A program made the position numbers and the translations under genes. Source: Methanomicrobiales archaeon (GTDB lineage Archaea > Halobacteriota > Methanomicrobia > Methanomicrobiales > Methanospirillaceae). From it: a DNA stretch of 15,460 nt. Below the pieces are notes generated by a model that was not told where the DNA came from, did not search any database, and was given only the letters and a program-made list of their open reading frames with translations. Of this stretch, positions 14,331 to 15,460 are shown piece after piece. The DNA is taken from assembly GCA_037137755.1 (NCBI GenBank), contig JBAXJR010000049.1:1-15460 (forward strand), read 5' to 3'. Each line of letters begins with the position of its first letter. Position 1 is the first letter of the stretch.

Positions 14331-15460
14331 ATGGGAACGGCGGGGACGACCACGTCACGGAACGAATTTACTCTCCTGATCATCTCAATCTCGCTTGCCG
14401 CTTTCATGACAGCACTTGACGGGACCATCGTGAATATCGCGCTTCCCACGATATCCGAGGCATTCGATGTCTCGACCAGCACGGTGAGCTGGGTATCGAC
14501 AATCTACCTGCTCGTCATCTCGGGGTGCATCCTTATCTTCGGGAAGGTTTCCGACGGGATCGGGTTCCGGAAGGTATTCCTCTGGGGATTCCTGCTTTTT
14601 TCCGTTGGATCGCTGTTCTGCGGGATTCTTCCCGATTTACTCGGGTCATTCCCAGTCCTGATCGGTTCAAGGGCGTTCCAGGCGGTAGGAGCCGCCATGA
14701 TCGCCGCGATCGGGCCTGCGATGGTCACAGCATTTTTCCCGATGGAGCAGAAAGGAAAGGCAATGGGGATCGTTCTGACGTTCTCCTCCCTCGGGACGAT
14801 AGTCGGCCCGGCGATCGGAGGTGTGCTGTGCCAGTATCTCTCCTGGAACTGGATCTTCTTCATTAATATCCCGGTAGGAATCGTCGCGATTCTCCTTGGT
14901 TCAAAGGTGATCCCGGCGACCGGGGTTGTGAAGCGGACCGGAGGGTTCGACCGTGCCGGTGCAGCCCTTATCTTCGTGGGCCTCGCGAGCCTGCTCTTTG
15001 CCCTTTCCGAGGGTCAGACCTTAGGTTGGACAACCCCGGCAATCATCGTCGCATTCGCACTCGCCATAATCACGCTCGGTGGCTTTATTTACTGCGAGCT
15101 CAGGGCTCCTGACCCGCTGCTCGAACTCCGCCTGTTTACACGGAAGAACTTCCTCATGACCAATTTGATCATCGCCCTGATTTTCTTCTGCTATGGCGGG
15201 CTCAACTACCTGTTCCCCTTTTATCTTGAGTATGTCCAGCACTTCCTCCCTTCCACAGCAGGGTTAATCCTGACATCGCTCTCAGTTACCGGCGGGATCG
15301 CCGGGATTCTTGCGGGGATGCTGTACAACAGGACTGGCGGACGGTTGCTTTGCATCCTCGCCGGGATCTCTATAATTGCAGGGTTCCTCATGATGACGAT
15401 GATCCGGGTAGACACCTCTACGGGATTCGTGGTTGCATGCCTCATGTTGTTCGGCTTCGG
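14331..15460 (+). CDS. DHA2 (EmrB/QacA) family MFS efflux transporter, truncated by the window end (not in ORF track)
   Basis: MGTAGTTTSRNEFTLLIISISLAAFMTALDGTIVNIALPTI...WVSTIYLL...GKVSDGIGFRKVF...GPAIGG...WNWIFFINIPVG. An alternative in-frame ATG lies at 14322. Confidence 0.95.
   Translation, partial: MGTAGTTTSRNEFTLLIISISLAAFMTALDGTIVNIALPTISEAFDVSTSTVSWVSTIYLLVISGCILIFGKVSDGIGFRKVFLWGFLLFSVGSLFCGILPDLLGSFPVLIGSRAFQAVGAAMIAAIGPAMVTAFFPMEQKGKAMGIVLTFSSLGTIVGPAIGGVLCQYLSWNWIFFINIPVGIVAILLGSKVIPATGVVKRTGGFDRAGAALIFVGLASLLFALSEGQTLGWTTPAIIVAFALAIITLGGFIYCELRAPDPLLELRLFTRKNFLMTNLIIALIFFCYGGLNYLFPFYLEYVQHFLPSTAGLILTSLSVTGGIAGILAGMLYNRTGGRLLCILAGISIIAGFLMMTMIRVDTSTGFVVACLMLFGF

Noticed and set aside
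14504-15445. Short ORFs on both strands within the last kilobase
   Set aside because: Shadows of the MFS transporter frame, which the track omitted because it has no stop within the window.
13333-15460. Methyltransferase and MFS as tailoring/export genes of the peptide system
   Set aside because: They are separated from it by 3.6 kb of unrelated islet and pseudogenes, lie on the opposite strand and belong to common families. No sequence evidence of linkage.

Overview
Accessory region of what looks like a Methanomicrobiales (Methanoregula-like) archaeon. The taxon is inferred from GGTGA/GAGGT ribosome-binding sites, AGC-type lipoboxes and the gene families present. The main result is a candidate peptide-processing module at 6.3-9.7 kb on the minus strand. 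A membrane-anchored substrate-binding-domain/peptidase C13 fusion (legumain/GPI-transamidase family, Asn-specific) is flanked by three paralogous small single-TM genes, two of which the ORF track misses. All three end in LHAP(M/V)N followed by a variable xPxP tail (KPNPGSGANPYNLY, SPIPY, TPVPR). A stand-alone Cache-domain lipoprotein converges on this module. The window also holds a divergent RHH+vWA / 387-aa hypothetical gene pair with two palindromes between them, a family II pyrophosphatase with a lipoprotein signal, an AT-rich M43 metalloprotease cassette, a SAM methyltransferase and a DHA2 MFS transporter that runs off the window end. Decayed genes include an MNT, a DUF2075-like fragment, a GIY-YIG nuclease, a small CxxC protein and a diverged second copy of the 3' end of the 387-aa gene. 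All family assignments are from motif recognition by eye; no searches were run.
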